Assembly: GCA_964016885.1 (NCBI GenBank)
Contig: OZ024747.1
Coordinates: forward strand, 86,180,001 to 86,244,000
DNA: 64,000 bases
DNA from: Eledone cirrhosa
Lineage: Eukaryota
Direction: 5' to 3'
The translations under genes and the position numbers were made by a program. Positions 28,888-44,990 of this stretch are shown piece by piece; within the stretch, counting starts at the first letter, position 1; every line of letters begins with the position of its first letter. The notes under the pieces are model-generated. The model was given only the letters and a program-made list of their open reading frames with translations, was not told the origin of the DNA and ran no database searches.

Positions 28888-28924
28888 AATGTTCTAACAT
28901 AGCTTTGATTCTTGTGTATTCTAT

Positions 28925-31575
<2,651 letters not shown>

Positions 31576-33329
31576 ACGTATCTTGCAACCTCACAGAAGG
31601 TATAGTAAATGATAAGCCAAACCATGTCGGGTTACCTTATACACGGATATACATGGTGATATAGCATACCCACATGTGCCATCTCATGATATACATGGTG
31701 ATATAGCATACCCACATGTGTCATCTCATGATAGACATAACTATACACACTCTAAGTTATACTAGAATTTCACACTAGGGATTGGATAACAATCATAAAT
31801 TACAAAAGATACTATATACACCCTCACTAAAGATCGGGTGACAACTGGCAATGTTTATGAAACCGTGTTAATCGGACTCTCTTATGTGTATATTCCTTAA
31901 TACTCCTATAACTTATAATCGTAGAGTATCAATATATCTATACCGTGCAGATTGAAAATGTATACGTATTTTTATTTGAAAACCCCCGCACCCCTATAAG
32001 TTCAAAGCAAACACAACACCTATAAATTCTACTTACCTTCTCCATTATACCCTTGACCTTAAATCTTAAGTATTTTTCCTAAGATGATGTGATGTCGTGC
32101 ATCGAGGGGCCCAGTTTCAAATAAAATAATATACATACTTGAATGCAAAACACAATTAAGATTCATTCTGTCCGCCGGAGCTGTAGGGAGGCCACCAATA
32201 TGATTGACTTACTTGTCATTTAATCAGTCAGATGTTCTCATGATTCAATATATATATTAAGATTAAATAAAATTCTAAGCTATTAAAGAAAAGAGCGAAA
32301 CGACTAAAGACAAAGAATACAAGAAGCCTAGTTCCTATTCCAAACACTAAAAGCTACAAAAAGAATAAGGAAAATACTCAAATTTATTAAGAAATAAGGA
32401 TATGAGTGAAATGAATCCATGATGAAAAATATATATATGATATCAGAAAATATTATAACCAAAAGGTGACGTATTAATATAAAATAAACATAATATATAC
32501 ACTCGAAAGTATAAGATATGTACATAACGATAAAATATTCAACCACATAATTAAACAGCAGAAGATTTTAACGAAACAAGACTTACCTGTCCGTTTTGTC
32601 TGGTTGTTGCCCACAAAGTAAGAGAAAGTACTTTGACACGATACTCCGATGTCTTCAGTCAAATACCAACGTTTTATAATTCCATTACACCTTAAACAAA
32701 GCTAAATTCTAAGTAGGTCCTTATAGCATACAGTTTAAGGTTCTAGTTTCAATGTAAAATTATACACCCTTTACTTTTACAAAAATTACTACCTCACAGC
32801 AAACACCAAAATTTACTTAGATCACAAGCAAATAAATAAACATTAAGAATAAATTAAAATAAATTCAGACCATATTCGTTTTAGATCTGTCTTAAATACG
32901 TTAAGCTTCTACTATGTTTCTCATCTGCAAACTAGCAATAACATCGAAGTGTCAAGGTACCTACGAAAATGCCGTATTAGAAATTTCTCTTTATATCCCT
33001 GTCCTACCATGTGTTTTAAAAGTTTATTCACTACCGCCGTAAAAACATTCATCTAGCTACTTATCCTACCATAAAGTACAACAGGTGTTCAATAGCATGG
33101 CTTCATTACGAAGAAAATGTTTGTATTGCTATATATGCCGTAGTTTTACAGCACCAAGTCAAAGAATGATGATGATCATCATCATCATCATTACCGTTTA
33201 ACGTCCATTTTTCCACGCTAGCATGGGTTAGACGAATATTAGTAAATTTGTGAAAAGAGCATACTTGGTTTACTTTAATCTTAAACTTGATCAGGATGAA
33301 TCGTGGGCCCAATGTATGTAAACCATGTG

Positions 33330-34664
33330 TCTAAAATCTACGCCAATGGACAAATAAATGTAACTTTTTATCGAGAAAAATATCTCTTGACATTCTTTAA
33401 AACTTTACTATTGTGACGTGGTGGCACTGTTAAACGCGATGAGTGCTCTACAGTATGGACCTCATGAATGAAGACTCTATAAATAGTTCAAAGAATAGTC
33501 TAAAATGTGTATTACTCCATAATTGAAACTTGTTAGGTGCAATTCCTATTGGTCACTGTGCCCTTAAGAGAGAAGCATGAAAACATAAAAAACTGTATTA
33601 GTTTTACACAAGTATGATGAACACAATTTGGACATGGGTGGATCTGAAAATGGTCAACTTTTTACTTGGCCAACAAAGAGGGTATTCCTGTGTTTATGGG
33701 ATAGCCGAACGAAAAACGGATATTGGGAACAGAAGCACTGGTCAGTTAGAAAAGGTTTGACTTTTGGGGAGAAGAATATCATACACCAACTACTTGTTGG
33801 ATGAGAGAAAATCATCTTCCTACCCCTTCATATTAAACTAGAACTAATGAAGTAGTTTGTCAAATATTTTCATGTGGAGGGTGGCTGTTTCAAATTCAAT
33901 TCTGTACATTTCCTGGCCTAAGTTATGATAAAATAAAGGCTGGTGTTTTTGATGGGACACATATCAGAAAGTTAATGAAATGCCAAAACTTCTCAAGCTC
34001 GATGACTGACGTAGAAAAAAGAGCATTGGATTCATGTCTGTTGTGAAAGGATTTTGGGACAGCAAAAAGGCTACAAACTACAAGGATTTGGTAGAGACAT
34101 TGCTTGATAGCTTTCATCTTTTAGTCTGCAGCATGAGCATAAAGATTCATTTCCTCAAGAGCTATCTCGATGAATTTCCTGCTAATCTTGGAGACGTGAG
34201 CGATGAGCATGGCGTGCGCTTCCATCAATATATCAAGGTAGATGAAGCACACATGATAGCAGACTCCTGTTGGAGTATTCAAAGAGACTATGTAGACATA
34301 AAACACTCCAGGCGCTCTCGTAAGCAACATTTTGTTCCATAAATATTTTGGTTAGTGTACGATCGTTTGTGGTTTATCCATTTTATTTGAGGATTAACAA
34401 GATGTATTTAATAAAAGGTGATATCTTATATTTCATCTATCATATCAGATTCTATTGACATTATAATTTAAAATTTTAAGCTATAAGACTTAGTAATCCA
34501 CCCTAAGTAAATTATATAACTCATATAATGCATAATAAAATAGGGATGTGCTTTAAAATGAAAACCTGATGTGTTAGGAAAAAATGGATGCCATATTTGA
34601 AAACAGCACCTCAAAATTGGCTAAACACAACAAAGGTTATGTCAGCAAAAAGTGTTAACCAGTG
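33330..34664 (+). mobile_element. Chapaev3-like DNA transposon remnant
   Basis: DLKMVNFLLGQQRGY, PLHIKL.LMK.FVK, IKAGVFDG, MSIKIHFL..L..FPANLGDVSDEHG.RFHQ; 3' end ...CAGTG; family name from recall. Confidence 0.75.
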
Positions 34665-35107
34665 TTTAAGTGTTTATATATATATATATATATAGCATTT
34701 GATTCTAGAGTCGGGCTAGATCGATACAGATCGAACCTTGAGCTGATCAATAGCGAAACACGCGTCGCTACTCAACAAACGTATTGAAGACATAACAAAT
34801 CGTCCTTTATATATATACATAAACATATAGGGATTCCTACATTTTCTAAAAGGAATTCTATATTACCCAGCGCTTCCATAATTTATATAATTGTTATACC
34901 TAAGTTGCCCGTTAGCGTCTAATTGAGACGGAATCTGTTGTCAAATGTCGCTTAGTTGGCGGGAATTCGAGGAATACGGTGTTGGATTCTTCCGATATGT
35001 TGCTAGCCACTTTTTTCCCCGCCTATAGGATTATATTACCCAATTTTTTAAGCTATTTATAGCAAGCGACTGTTGTTACAGTCTTTTCTGCATTTCATTT
35101 TCCTAAA

Positions 35108-35285
35108 TTCGCAATCGTGAGGTTGTGAGTTCGATTCCTAAACCGGGCGATGCGTTATGTCCTTGAGCAAGACACTTCACGTTGCTCCTTCTACCTGGAG
35201 TTGCGACCGATAGGTAGTATTAGCAATTGGAAAAACCAACAGAAACATTGTTTCCTCGGTCCGATTTGACGAAAGTCGATCGATT
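35108..35285 (+). mobile_element. SINE family B copy
   Basis: Reverse complement of 5865-6081. Confidence 0.8.
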
Positions 35286-35289
35286 GACT

Positions 35290-35326
<37 letters not shown>

Positions 35327-35767
35327 AAGAGACGCAAACACACGTTATATTAAAGAGACGGCAGCACTGAAGTTTGTTTGTCTTCATAAATGTTTATTCA
35401 TATTATCTTATCATTTCTCTGTTTAGTTTACGACAATAGTGTTCTTACACCCAAGCCTATTAATGTTTCGAAACATGCACAAAAGATTTTGGAAGAATTA
35501 GTAAAATCATGGATGGCAGATTTAAAAATAATTCAAACTAACTGTTTTTAAAATTAATTGAGCACGTCAACGTTTTTTTTACATAACATGTTTGAAAGAA
35601 ATGGTGTTTTCTCTAAGTTGTAAAGCAATATTTAAAAGACATTGTCAAAAAATAATTTAATACATAAAATATATGAAATGGTTAAATTCTTAATATTTTT
35701 GCATATTTTCTCTTCTTTATCTTCTGGGTTGTTCCTTTGCTTCGTTTTAAATTATTATCATTATTTA

Positions 35768-35943
35768 GGCAGGATTGGTAGGGGGTCGGACGCCTTGCTT
35801 TGACGCATAGAGTTACGGCCCTTGCCATTCTGAGTTCAAATCCCGCCGAGGTTAACTTTGCCTTTCATCCTTACGGGGTCGATAAAATAAGGTACCAGTA
35901 ATGCGCTGAGTAATTGCTGGCCTTGTGCCAAAAAGTAGAAACA
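35768..35943 (+). mobile_element. SINE family A copy
   Basis: GAGTTCAAATCC plus GCCTTTCATCCTTACGGGGTCGATAAAAT core. Confidence 0.85.
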
Positions 35944-36705
35944 GTTATTTGATAATAATAATGCATGGAGGCGGATGGCGAAGTAGATTTTAAACATAAC
36001 ACTATAAAACATGTGAGATTAACGGGTGATGGGCTGGAGCTAGAAGAATATGTTTAAACAAAATAAATCAGACAAAAAGGAATTTTACAAAAATAACTTT
36101 AGAAATTAATGAGAAAAAAGATTTAATTGATAAGGTTTGAAATTTTTCTTTCGTTTTTATTTTAAATTAGGATTAACAGAAATCAAAATGTAAAATAATA
36201 ATGATAATTCATAATTATAATAATGATAATAATAATAATAATAATGATGATAATTATTTTCAGTAAGAATAAAAAAAAAAGAATTTATATATATATATAT
36301 ATGTATATATATATACATATATATATATATACACATATATATATATATATATATTTAATTATCCCTTAGAACAAATGGCTCTCAACGTTGGCAGGATCAC
36401 CACTCCCTTCCCCTTTTCGGATTATGTAATGGAAAGGAAAGTGTACCAAGAAGCAACAATAGCAGTTGTGGAGATGGGTGATGTAAGAGAAGGAGGGAGG
36501 AAGAAGTGGCACTAAAACAGTGCTGAGGTATGGCACAGGTACACTGGAACGATATCGGATAATTGGATTTCATCCATTCCTTTATGGAAAGAACTGTCAC
36601 AGAAGGGTGGGACAGACAACTGGCAGAAATGTGATATGGAAGTATGATATATATACACACACACACACATATATATATACATAAATATATGTGTTTATAT
36701 GTATA

Positions 36706-36748
<43 letters not shown>

Positions 36749-37129
36749 CGTGCACATGTGCGATTTGTTAAACTCCATTATATATGAAGTAAATGCTTGA
36801 CATCTTAAACTGTATAATATATAAATTTAAATGTTTGATATCTAAACTTACATGTATGATGATGAACTTAAATGTTTGACATCTAAATAAAAATATATCA
36901 AATTTCAATGTATGTCTTAATACCTTTCATACCAAACTGCTTTCATGTTATAAAACTATTTCAAAGTGTTTATATTTAACTAATAACCTTGCATCATAAG
37001 TTTATGGAAGAAGTTTTATGTTCCAAACACCAACTTAATAAGAAAGTTAGTTATAATACCAAACCCTTCCAAATTCTCTATTTTCAAAAAGATTTGAAAA
37101 TCATGGCTAGTGTCTTTAATTAGAGATAT

Positions 37130-37330
37130 GGTTAGGGAAAAAACTTGATATCTAAACCATTTTTCTATGTTATTCACTCCTCGGCTTCCAGTCCCCATTG
37201 TGTGTACAAGCAGATTATAACCACATATGCTCAAAGGTGTAATGCTTTCTATTCTCCCATCAATTTATGATCACAATTATGAACTTTGGAAACAGGACCA
37301 TACTGTGAACCCTGTGGATATTACATAGAT
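37130..37330 (-). mobile_element. Possible highly decayed LINE RT fragment
   Basis: PQGSQYGP followed by frameshifted FIIVI and AY, resembling RT motifs B and C. Confidence 0.3.
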
Positions 37331-38477
37331 CCACAGTAGATACTTAGCTTACTGATTCACTCTCAACAGACAAAGGATGTTGCCTAGCTGATCTTCCAAA
37401 CACTATGGGGATCAAGTTGGGGTAACATATTTGAGTCAAACAAATCAAAACAAGCCCAAGCAAATTATTATTATTTTTATTGCATTGGATATTTGTTTCA
37501 GCTCTCAACTCTCTGATATCAAATAGTTCCAAGGTTAACTTTGCTTTTCACTCTATCTGTGTCAATAGAGAAAGCACGAGCCAGTGCTGGTTGCTGTCCT
37601 CACTCATTCCTGCTGTTCACTGGATCAGTGGAGGGTGGGGCAATTGAGAAAGAATGTATGTCTCCTTATGGCTGCATAGACATCTAAAATCTTTCGCAAA
37701 AAAAGCATGGTACATACTACCAAGTCATATTCACTTGCGAGTGATGGGTCATAGATTTGGTGATATCGATGGACAGCAGCATCGACTGGTAGTTTCACAA
37801 AGAATCTGGTATGAGCAAAGAATTGGGATCTTCAGCTTTATCAGAAGAGAGATTATATTGGAAATAAGAGATCTCCAACCTCTTCAGAAGAGAAGGAATA
37901 TGATTAAATTGAATTGAATTGAACTGTGATATTCTTATTGTGCTATGATAATAATAATAATAAATATTATTATTATTATTATTAATATTATTTTATTATT
38001 AATATCTTTATTGTATTATCTATTTTATTGGATATCAATGCTGTTAATTTGTCTTGTTTTCTTCCTGTTATGAAATGTTATACTATGAGGAGAAAAGCTT
38101 GAGGTGATGTAGAAGTGACAATGTGTTAGTTAGTATGCTTCATGTGATGAGTGATAGTGGGAAGAGGTTCTGTCATCTGTCTGGTGGTGGAGAGATAGTG
38201 TAGGAGTGGAGAGATAGGGGCGTTGACATGGTGGTGCAAGCCTGACAGAAAAAAAAAATTACCCCAGAAAAAATAAACCAACCAACAAAAACAAAATGAA
38301 GAACCAATGTTCAAGAATGTAGAATGTCAGAGATGGGAAGGGGAGGCGGTGGTATTGATGATGAAAAGAGGAGTGGGATAAGGAGAGGGACAAGAGAGGA
38401 TGGATGAAATGAAATATAAAATGGTACATACATATACATGTATGTATATATAGGTAATATATATATATGTGTATGTA

Positions 38478-38528
<51 letters not shown>

Positions 38529-39302
38529 ATGTGTGTGTATATATATATATATAAACATATATACATCCATATATACATATAAAAAAAAAAAAAAAATCAA
38601 AAGAAAAAGAACATATGTATTCAAATGATGACAGGAAAAATATGGAACAGTATACACATGTGTATACACACACACACACACACATATACATATGTCTGCG
38701 TGTGAAATGAAAATAATAAATAAAAAGTCTTTTTCTTGAGAGTCGTCAGATTAATGCCGCGCTACAGTACCCAGCGCTATGTCTAGTATTGTAAAGAAGA
38801 AGAGAGCAGCACTTTGCTTCTCTCTCTCTTTCTCTTTGTCTGTCTTTCTTATTGTCATTAATAATAAGTCTATTATTATTATTATTAATGTTATTATTTA
38901 TATTTATATTTCTTTTTTCATTTCAAATTCAAATTTTAAATTCATTTTCATTTATAGTGATATTGTGTTTTGTTGTCTCTGGTTCTTGAAGTCCAGAGAG
39001 AAATAATCTTTTTTTGCTTTGTTGGACAACACTTGTGGATATTGACATGTGGAGGGTTAATGTTGGTGATCATGGTGATCATGGTGGTGGTGATTGTGGG
39101 AGCGGGCCCAGTGGACTGTGGCCATCGCAGTCCAGTAGTCAATTATATATATATATGTAGACATAAGAAGGTTCGATGAACACTTACAGGTAAGAAGACA
39201 CAGATTGCATCATACAAATTTACCTGTTGGAGGGGGAAACCAAACAGCAACCTACTATATAATAGTGTATGTAATTTATATATATATATACATATTTATA
39301 TA

Positions 39303-39334
<32 letters not shown>

Positions 39335-39904
39335 CATACATACACACATACATAATCTACAGATTGGTCAGAAGTGAGTAACAATGGAGAGCAATAGGAG
39401 GAGGAGGAGCAAGTAGGGGTGGGAGGCTGGGTGGAGGCAAACATGAAAGCAATGCATCAAATTTTCTTTCAGACTTGTATGTCATTCCAAAAATACATTG
39501 GAGAGAGAGAGAGAGATAAAGTGGGGGAAATGAATATAGAAATAAATAAAGAAAGAGTTTAAGAAAACAGGAACATTAGGTAGAGGTAGAAGTATGCTGA
39601 ATGACTAAAACAACAACAATATTGAAGTGGAAAGGAGCTGGTAAGAAGGGAAACAGCAATCATTGATTGTCTTGTATGTGTGCATATAGGATTATGTAAA
39701 GTTGTATATTCATATATTTATTATGCAGCATTATGTAATATTTACTCTACATTTGTACAAACGTTTTTGAATATGTAGGTATATTTTCAAAGGTGAAAAC
39801 ATACGTGTTCAAATACTTATATATATATATATATATATGTGTGTATGTATATGTATATATGGATATATATATATATATATATATATATGTGTATATGTAT
39901 ATAT

Positions 39905-39960
<56 letters not shown>

Positions 39961-39976
39961 ATGTATGTGTATATAT

Positions 39977-40030
<54 letters not shown>

Positions 40031-40191
40031 ATGTATGTGTATATATGGATATATATATATGTGTATATATGGATATATATATATGTGTATATATGGATAT
40101 ATATATATGTGTATGTATATGTGTATATATGGATATATATATATGTGTATATATATATATATATATGTATGTATATATATGTATATATATA

Positions 40192-40232
40192 GCGAAGGAA
40201 AAGTGGTAAGGAACCAGGTGGACCATAACGCA
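40192..40232 (-). mobile_element. Family P, 3'-tail-only fragment
   Basis: CGAAGGAAAAGTGGTAAGGAACCAGGTGGACCATAACGCA within (TA)n, matching the tails at 9871 and 27280. Confidence 0.8.
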
Positions 40233-40258
40233 TATATGTATATATATATATATGTATG

Positions 40259-40339
<81 letters not shown>

Positions 40340-40340
40340 G

Positions 40341-40374
<34 letters not shown>

Positions 40375-40380
40375 TGTATG

Positions 40381-40418
<38 letters not shown>

Positions 40419-40434
40419 CGTATGTATATATATG

Positions 40435-40477
<43 letters not shown>

Positions 40478-40498
40478 GTATATATATGTATATATATG

Positions 40499-40533
<35 letters not shown>

Positions 40534-40534
40534 G

Positions 40535-40583
<49 letters not shown>

Positions 40584-40775
40584 GTATATATATATGTATA
40601 TATATATATGTATATATATATGTATATATATATATGTATATATATATGTATATATATATATATATGTGCATATATATATGTGTATATATATATATATATG
40701 TGTATATGTATATGTATATATATATATATGTATGTATATATATATACAGGTATATATAGTTTTAATATAGAAGAT

Positions 40776-40822
40776 ATTCTACAGGACTAGAACTGTTTCA
40801 TTCATGAGAAATCATCAGGAAT
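40776..40822 (-). ncRNA. Type I hammerhead ribozyme motif
   Basis: ATTC-CTGATGA-T TTC TCAT GAA T-GAAA-CAG TTCTAGTC CTG-TA-GAAT. Confidence 0.6.
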
Positions 40823-40894
40823 CTGACTGTCCAAGTAAATATGGTGGTATTTATATGGACAGTCAGATTCCTGATGATTTCTCATGAATGAAAC

Positions 40895-40895
<1 letters not shown>
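40794..40895. repeat. Fold-back element with 40-bp perfect arms
   Basis: 40794-40833 mirrors 40856-40895; TA flanks. Confidence 0.9.
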
Positions 40896-40922
<27 letters not shown>

Positions 40923-40925
<3 letters not shown>

Positions 40926-41419
40926 CAAGTTAATATAAATTAATATATATGATGAAACACAAATACCAATATCTAAGTGTTTGTATTGTAAAAGACTAAG
41001 TTAGCTAGATTGAAAAATACTAATTATAATAATACAGTTTGTCTGTCTCGATTTAAGATAATAAATCAATAAAAACAAACGATATTGGCAAGTGGCCGTG
41101 GTACTTAGACAAATTTAAATTTAAAAATCAAACCTGTTCCGTAGATAAGTTTAAACTTCAAAATCCAAATTATTTGGATTTTGAAGTTTAAACTTATCTA
41201 CGGAACAGGTTTGATTTTTAAATTTAAATTTGTCTAAGTACCACGGCCACTTGCCAATATCGTTTGTTTTTATTGATTTATTATCTTAAATCGAGACAGA
41301 CAAACTGTATTATTATAATTAGTATTTTTCAATCTAGCTAACTTAGTCTTTTACAATACAAACACTTAGATGTTGGTATTTGTGTTTCATCATATATATT
41401 AATTTATATTAACTTGTAT
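40923..41419. repeat. 497-bp near-perfect palindrome
   Basis: 248-bp arms, 1-nt spacer at 41171, one mismatch seen. Confidence 0.92.
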
Positions 41420-41498
41420 TACACGGCTCAGAAATACTTCATTCTTTGAGCTATTTCATTGTAAAGGACTGCTTGAGTTTAGAACTCATTATTCTTAG

Positions 41499-41539
<41 letters not shown>

Positions 41540-41812
41540 ATATATGTATATATATATATGTATATATATATATGTATATATATATATGTATATATATATA
41601 TGTATATATATATATGTATATGTATATATGTATATGTATATATATGTATATATGTATATGTATATATATGTATATATATGTATATATATATGTATATATA
41701 TATGTATATATATATGTATATATATATGTATATATATATGTATATATATATGTATATATATATGTATATATATGTATACATATATGTATATATATATGTA
41801 TATATATATGTA

Positions 41813-41973
41813 TCATCATCATCATCATCAACGTTTAACGTCCGTGTTCCATGCTTGCATGGGTTTGGACGGGGGTTTTCCCACTTGAGGCAAGAGTGAT
41901 TGTCTTGCTCGCATAGGACTGTCTGGCGGGTTTTCTACAGTTGGATGCCCTTCCTAACACCAACCACATTTAC
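41813..41973 (-). mobile_element. SINE-like family D with (ATG)n tail
   Basis: CATCAT..GTTTAACGTCC..TTCCA.GCT.GCATGGGTT..ACG and GGATGCCCTTCCTAAC; further copies at about 33172, 46388, 56850, 61853 and 63431. Confidence 0.75.
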
Positions 41974-42813
41974 AATGTATATATATGTATACATATATGT
42001 ATATATATATATGTATATGTATATATATATATATGTATATATATATATGTATATATATATATGTATATATATATATATGTATATCTATATGTATATATAT
42101 ATATATGTATATCTATATGTATATATATATATGTATATCTATATGTATATATATATATATATGTATATATATATGTATATATATATATATGTATATCTAT
42201 ATATATATGTATATATATATACATATATATATATATATCTATATATATATATGTATATATATATGTGATTGTATGTATATATATATGTGATTGTATGTAT
42301 ATATATATATATGTGATTGTATGTATATATATATGTGTGTGATTGTATGTATATATATGTATATATATGTGTGTGTGTGTGTGATGTATATATATATATA
42401 TATATATATGTATGCGATTGTGTGTATGTGAGTCTATATCTATATTTGTGTGCACAACCCCTGGAATTTATGACACGTTCCCACCCACTCCCAATCATTC
42501 AGCATAGTGATGTCGTTAATCAAAGGATGTGTGATAACAAGGAGAATTCATAGGACACAAGACAAGGTGGAAGTGAGGAGTGGCAGCGATGGCAATGAGC
42601 AGGGGCGCAGGGTGAGAAAGCAAAAATGGAAAAAATATTTTATATAAAAAAAAAAAAAAAATTATTTAAAAAAAAAAAACAACAAAAAACCCTCAACGGA
42701 ATGATGAGATGAATAAACAACAAAAAACAAAGAAACTGATGATAAAAATGATGTGAGCATGTGTGTGTAACAGTGATTAGTCCATAACTCTGTTACAATC
42801 TCTCCCTCTCGCT

Positions 42814-42919
<106 letters not shown>

Positions 42920-43512
42920 TATAATGTAATGTTGAAAACATGACTGTATTCTAGTTTGATCTTTTTCAAAGAATTTTCCTATTTATTTCTTTATTAGTTC
43001 TTTATGATTGGTTTAGAATAGTATTCCTAGATCCATGATCCCTTCTGACCACTGCTGAATGCATTACTAGTACATCACTAGTATGACCAATCTGATTTTG
43101 AAGGTAGAGCCTTGAAGACTGTCGAACATTAATACACACATTAGTTTAAGAACTCTAATATTTCCAAACTAAGCATGAAGATCAAATTGGAGCCCAGTCA
43201 TGTTTTTAATTAAATATATCATGTTTAAAAGAAAAGCTGTTCCCTACTTGTACAACACACACACACACATACACACACATACATACATACACACACAAAC
43301 GTGAGTCTTATTTTGGCTTCTCATTTTTGTTTTTTTTATTTTTGCTGTCGTGTTTCTTTTAAAGTTTCTCATTTAATTTAATTTAAATTTTCTTTCACAA
43401 GTCAGCTCTCGCTCACTCTCTCTTTCTCATAGTTTGGTACTTTTCATACTATATACTCCTTCAGCTGTGTCAAGATATTGGTCAGGCCTGTAGGTATACA
43501 TGCATACATGTA

Positions 43513-43570
<58 letters not shown>

Positions 43571-43830
43571 GTATATGCATGTGTAATGCAGGTAGAGTAG
43601 AGGAGATAACATGAGGATTAAGAGTAGAAGTAGTATTGGTAGGAGTAGTAGTGGTACTTGTAGAAGTAATTGTAATAGTTGCAGTAGTAGTAGTAGTATG
43701 GTGGTGGTGGTCTCTAGTTGCTGCTGTTATGTGATGTATAAAATGGCGGAAAGAGTTCAAAGCTATATGTCCTGTCTGGAAGACGAGGAAATGAAGGAAT
43801 TCCGCCATGACCACCACCGCCAACGGACAG

Positions 43831-44244
43831 TCAACTCCGAATTGTTTCCCTCTTCAGCGAAAGTGGTTCGGACATCATCACTGGCTTCTGTAAGATAAGC
43901 AGTTCACTTTTGTCGGCGAATCTCTGTAGGGCATCGTATTTCTGTCGCAACGAGTCAAGTTCCATTTTGACAACATTGTTCTCTCGTTGCAGTCGGTATA
44001 CCTCTGCCCGTAGCTTTTCTCTCTCAATCTCCAGCTCCTCCTTCTGCGAGATCCGCTTCTCACGGCAGTTGGCGGCATAGCCTCTGTTCTTCAATGTCCT
44101 ACGACGCTGTTTTAGACGTGACACTTGCTCCCTGGTCAACCCCTTCACCACCTGGTTTAGCTCCTTCACAGTGAGTCGGACAAGTTCATCATCAGACAAG
44201 TCAAACAGTCGAGCGTTGTCAGATTTGACTTGCGATAGGAAAAT
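43831..44244 (-). CDS. MafK: Small Maf bZIP transcription factor (MafF/G/K-like), terminal coding exon; start codon in an unlocated upstream exon
   Basis: [47 protein letters not shown] plus leucine zipper; YAA and QKEELE indicate small rather than large Maf; polypyrimidine-CAG acceptor at 44245-44270 gives a phase-0 extension [15 protein letters not shown]. Confidence 0.93.
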   Translation of the reverse strand: MFLSQVKSDNARLFDLSDDELVRLTVKELNQVVKGLTREQVSRLKQRRRTLKNRGYAANCREKRISQKEELEIEREKLRAEVYRLQRENNVVKMELDSLRQKYDALQRFADKSELLILQKPVMMSEPLSLKRETIRS

Positions 44245-44276
44245 CTGAAAAGACAGGAAAAATAGGAAAAATAAAT

Positions 44277-44370
44277 AATCAATAAAAACAAAAATTTAAT
44301 CAATAAAACCAAAAATTTAATCAATAAAACCAAAAATTTAATCAATAAAACCAAAAATTTAATCAATAAA
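44277..44370. repeat. 21-bp minisatellite (about 4.5 copies) beside the Maf splice acceptor
   Basis: AATCAATAAAACCAAAAATTT in tandem. Confidence 0.9.
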
Positions 44371-44559
44371 TTCATCATAAGATTATGTACTGTAATTTCT
44401 TACATTTGGTCAAATATTATATTATATTGGATTGGGTGGGTGAGGGGACAGTCAGGCACTGGAGTCAATATCAAACCCAGTACTTCACTGTACTTCCTTC
44501 ATTGGTCCCCATATATCATATGTATACATACACACACACTCAACATATATATATATATA

Positions 44560-44990
44560 CTAGCAGAGGTACCCGGCGTTGCTCGGGTATTAAATAGCAG
44601 TTGTGTATACCATTTATGTCAATACTTCAGTGCTACTTCGAAAACTATACTTTTACAAAATCATCGGCTTTTTCCAAAAGAGGGTTCCTGCCCCCAGGGG
44701 TCCCCTACTCAATATATGCCAATTCTGAGAGTTCACATTCATCTGTAGGACAAACGTAGCCAATGTGCCAAGTTTTGTGAAAATCGGTTGCGAACTCCAG
44801 AAGTTATGACGTTTTGTTGCATTGCACTGCAGTTCTTCAGTCAACTCCAAGGAAGTGGTTAAAGGGGGTTATCTGCTGGGAGGCCCTATAATCAATATCT
44901 GTAAAAATGAAAGTGCCCATGACCATCCGGAGTACATAAGTAACCTATGTCTTAAGTTTGGTGAAAATACTGTAGAAATGCATCAGGTTT
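44560..44990 (-). mobile_element. Non-autonomous Helitron; 3' end clear, 5' end approximate
   Basis: Minus-strand CCCGAGCAACGCCGGGTACCTCTGCTAG|T, nearly the same terminus as 4782-4809. Confidence 0.7.

Larger units (their letters stand above)
28253..28922. mobile_element. Element with inverted arms of about 90 bp, each containing a hammerhead-like fold
   Basis: 28253-28340 mirrors 28835-28922; internal 67-bp tandem duplication at 28681-28814; TA arrays flank. Confidence 0.8.

Noticed and set aside
34747-34786. CTGATCA..GAAACACGCGTC motif
   Set aside because: Core mutated and stem I out of register; possibly a decayed HHR
38715-38756. Minus-strand CTGACGA..GAAA
   Set aside because: Stems II and III too weak and AT-only; compatible with chance
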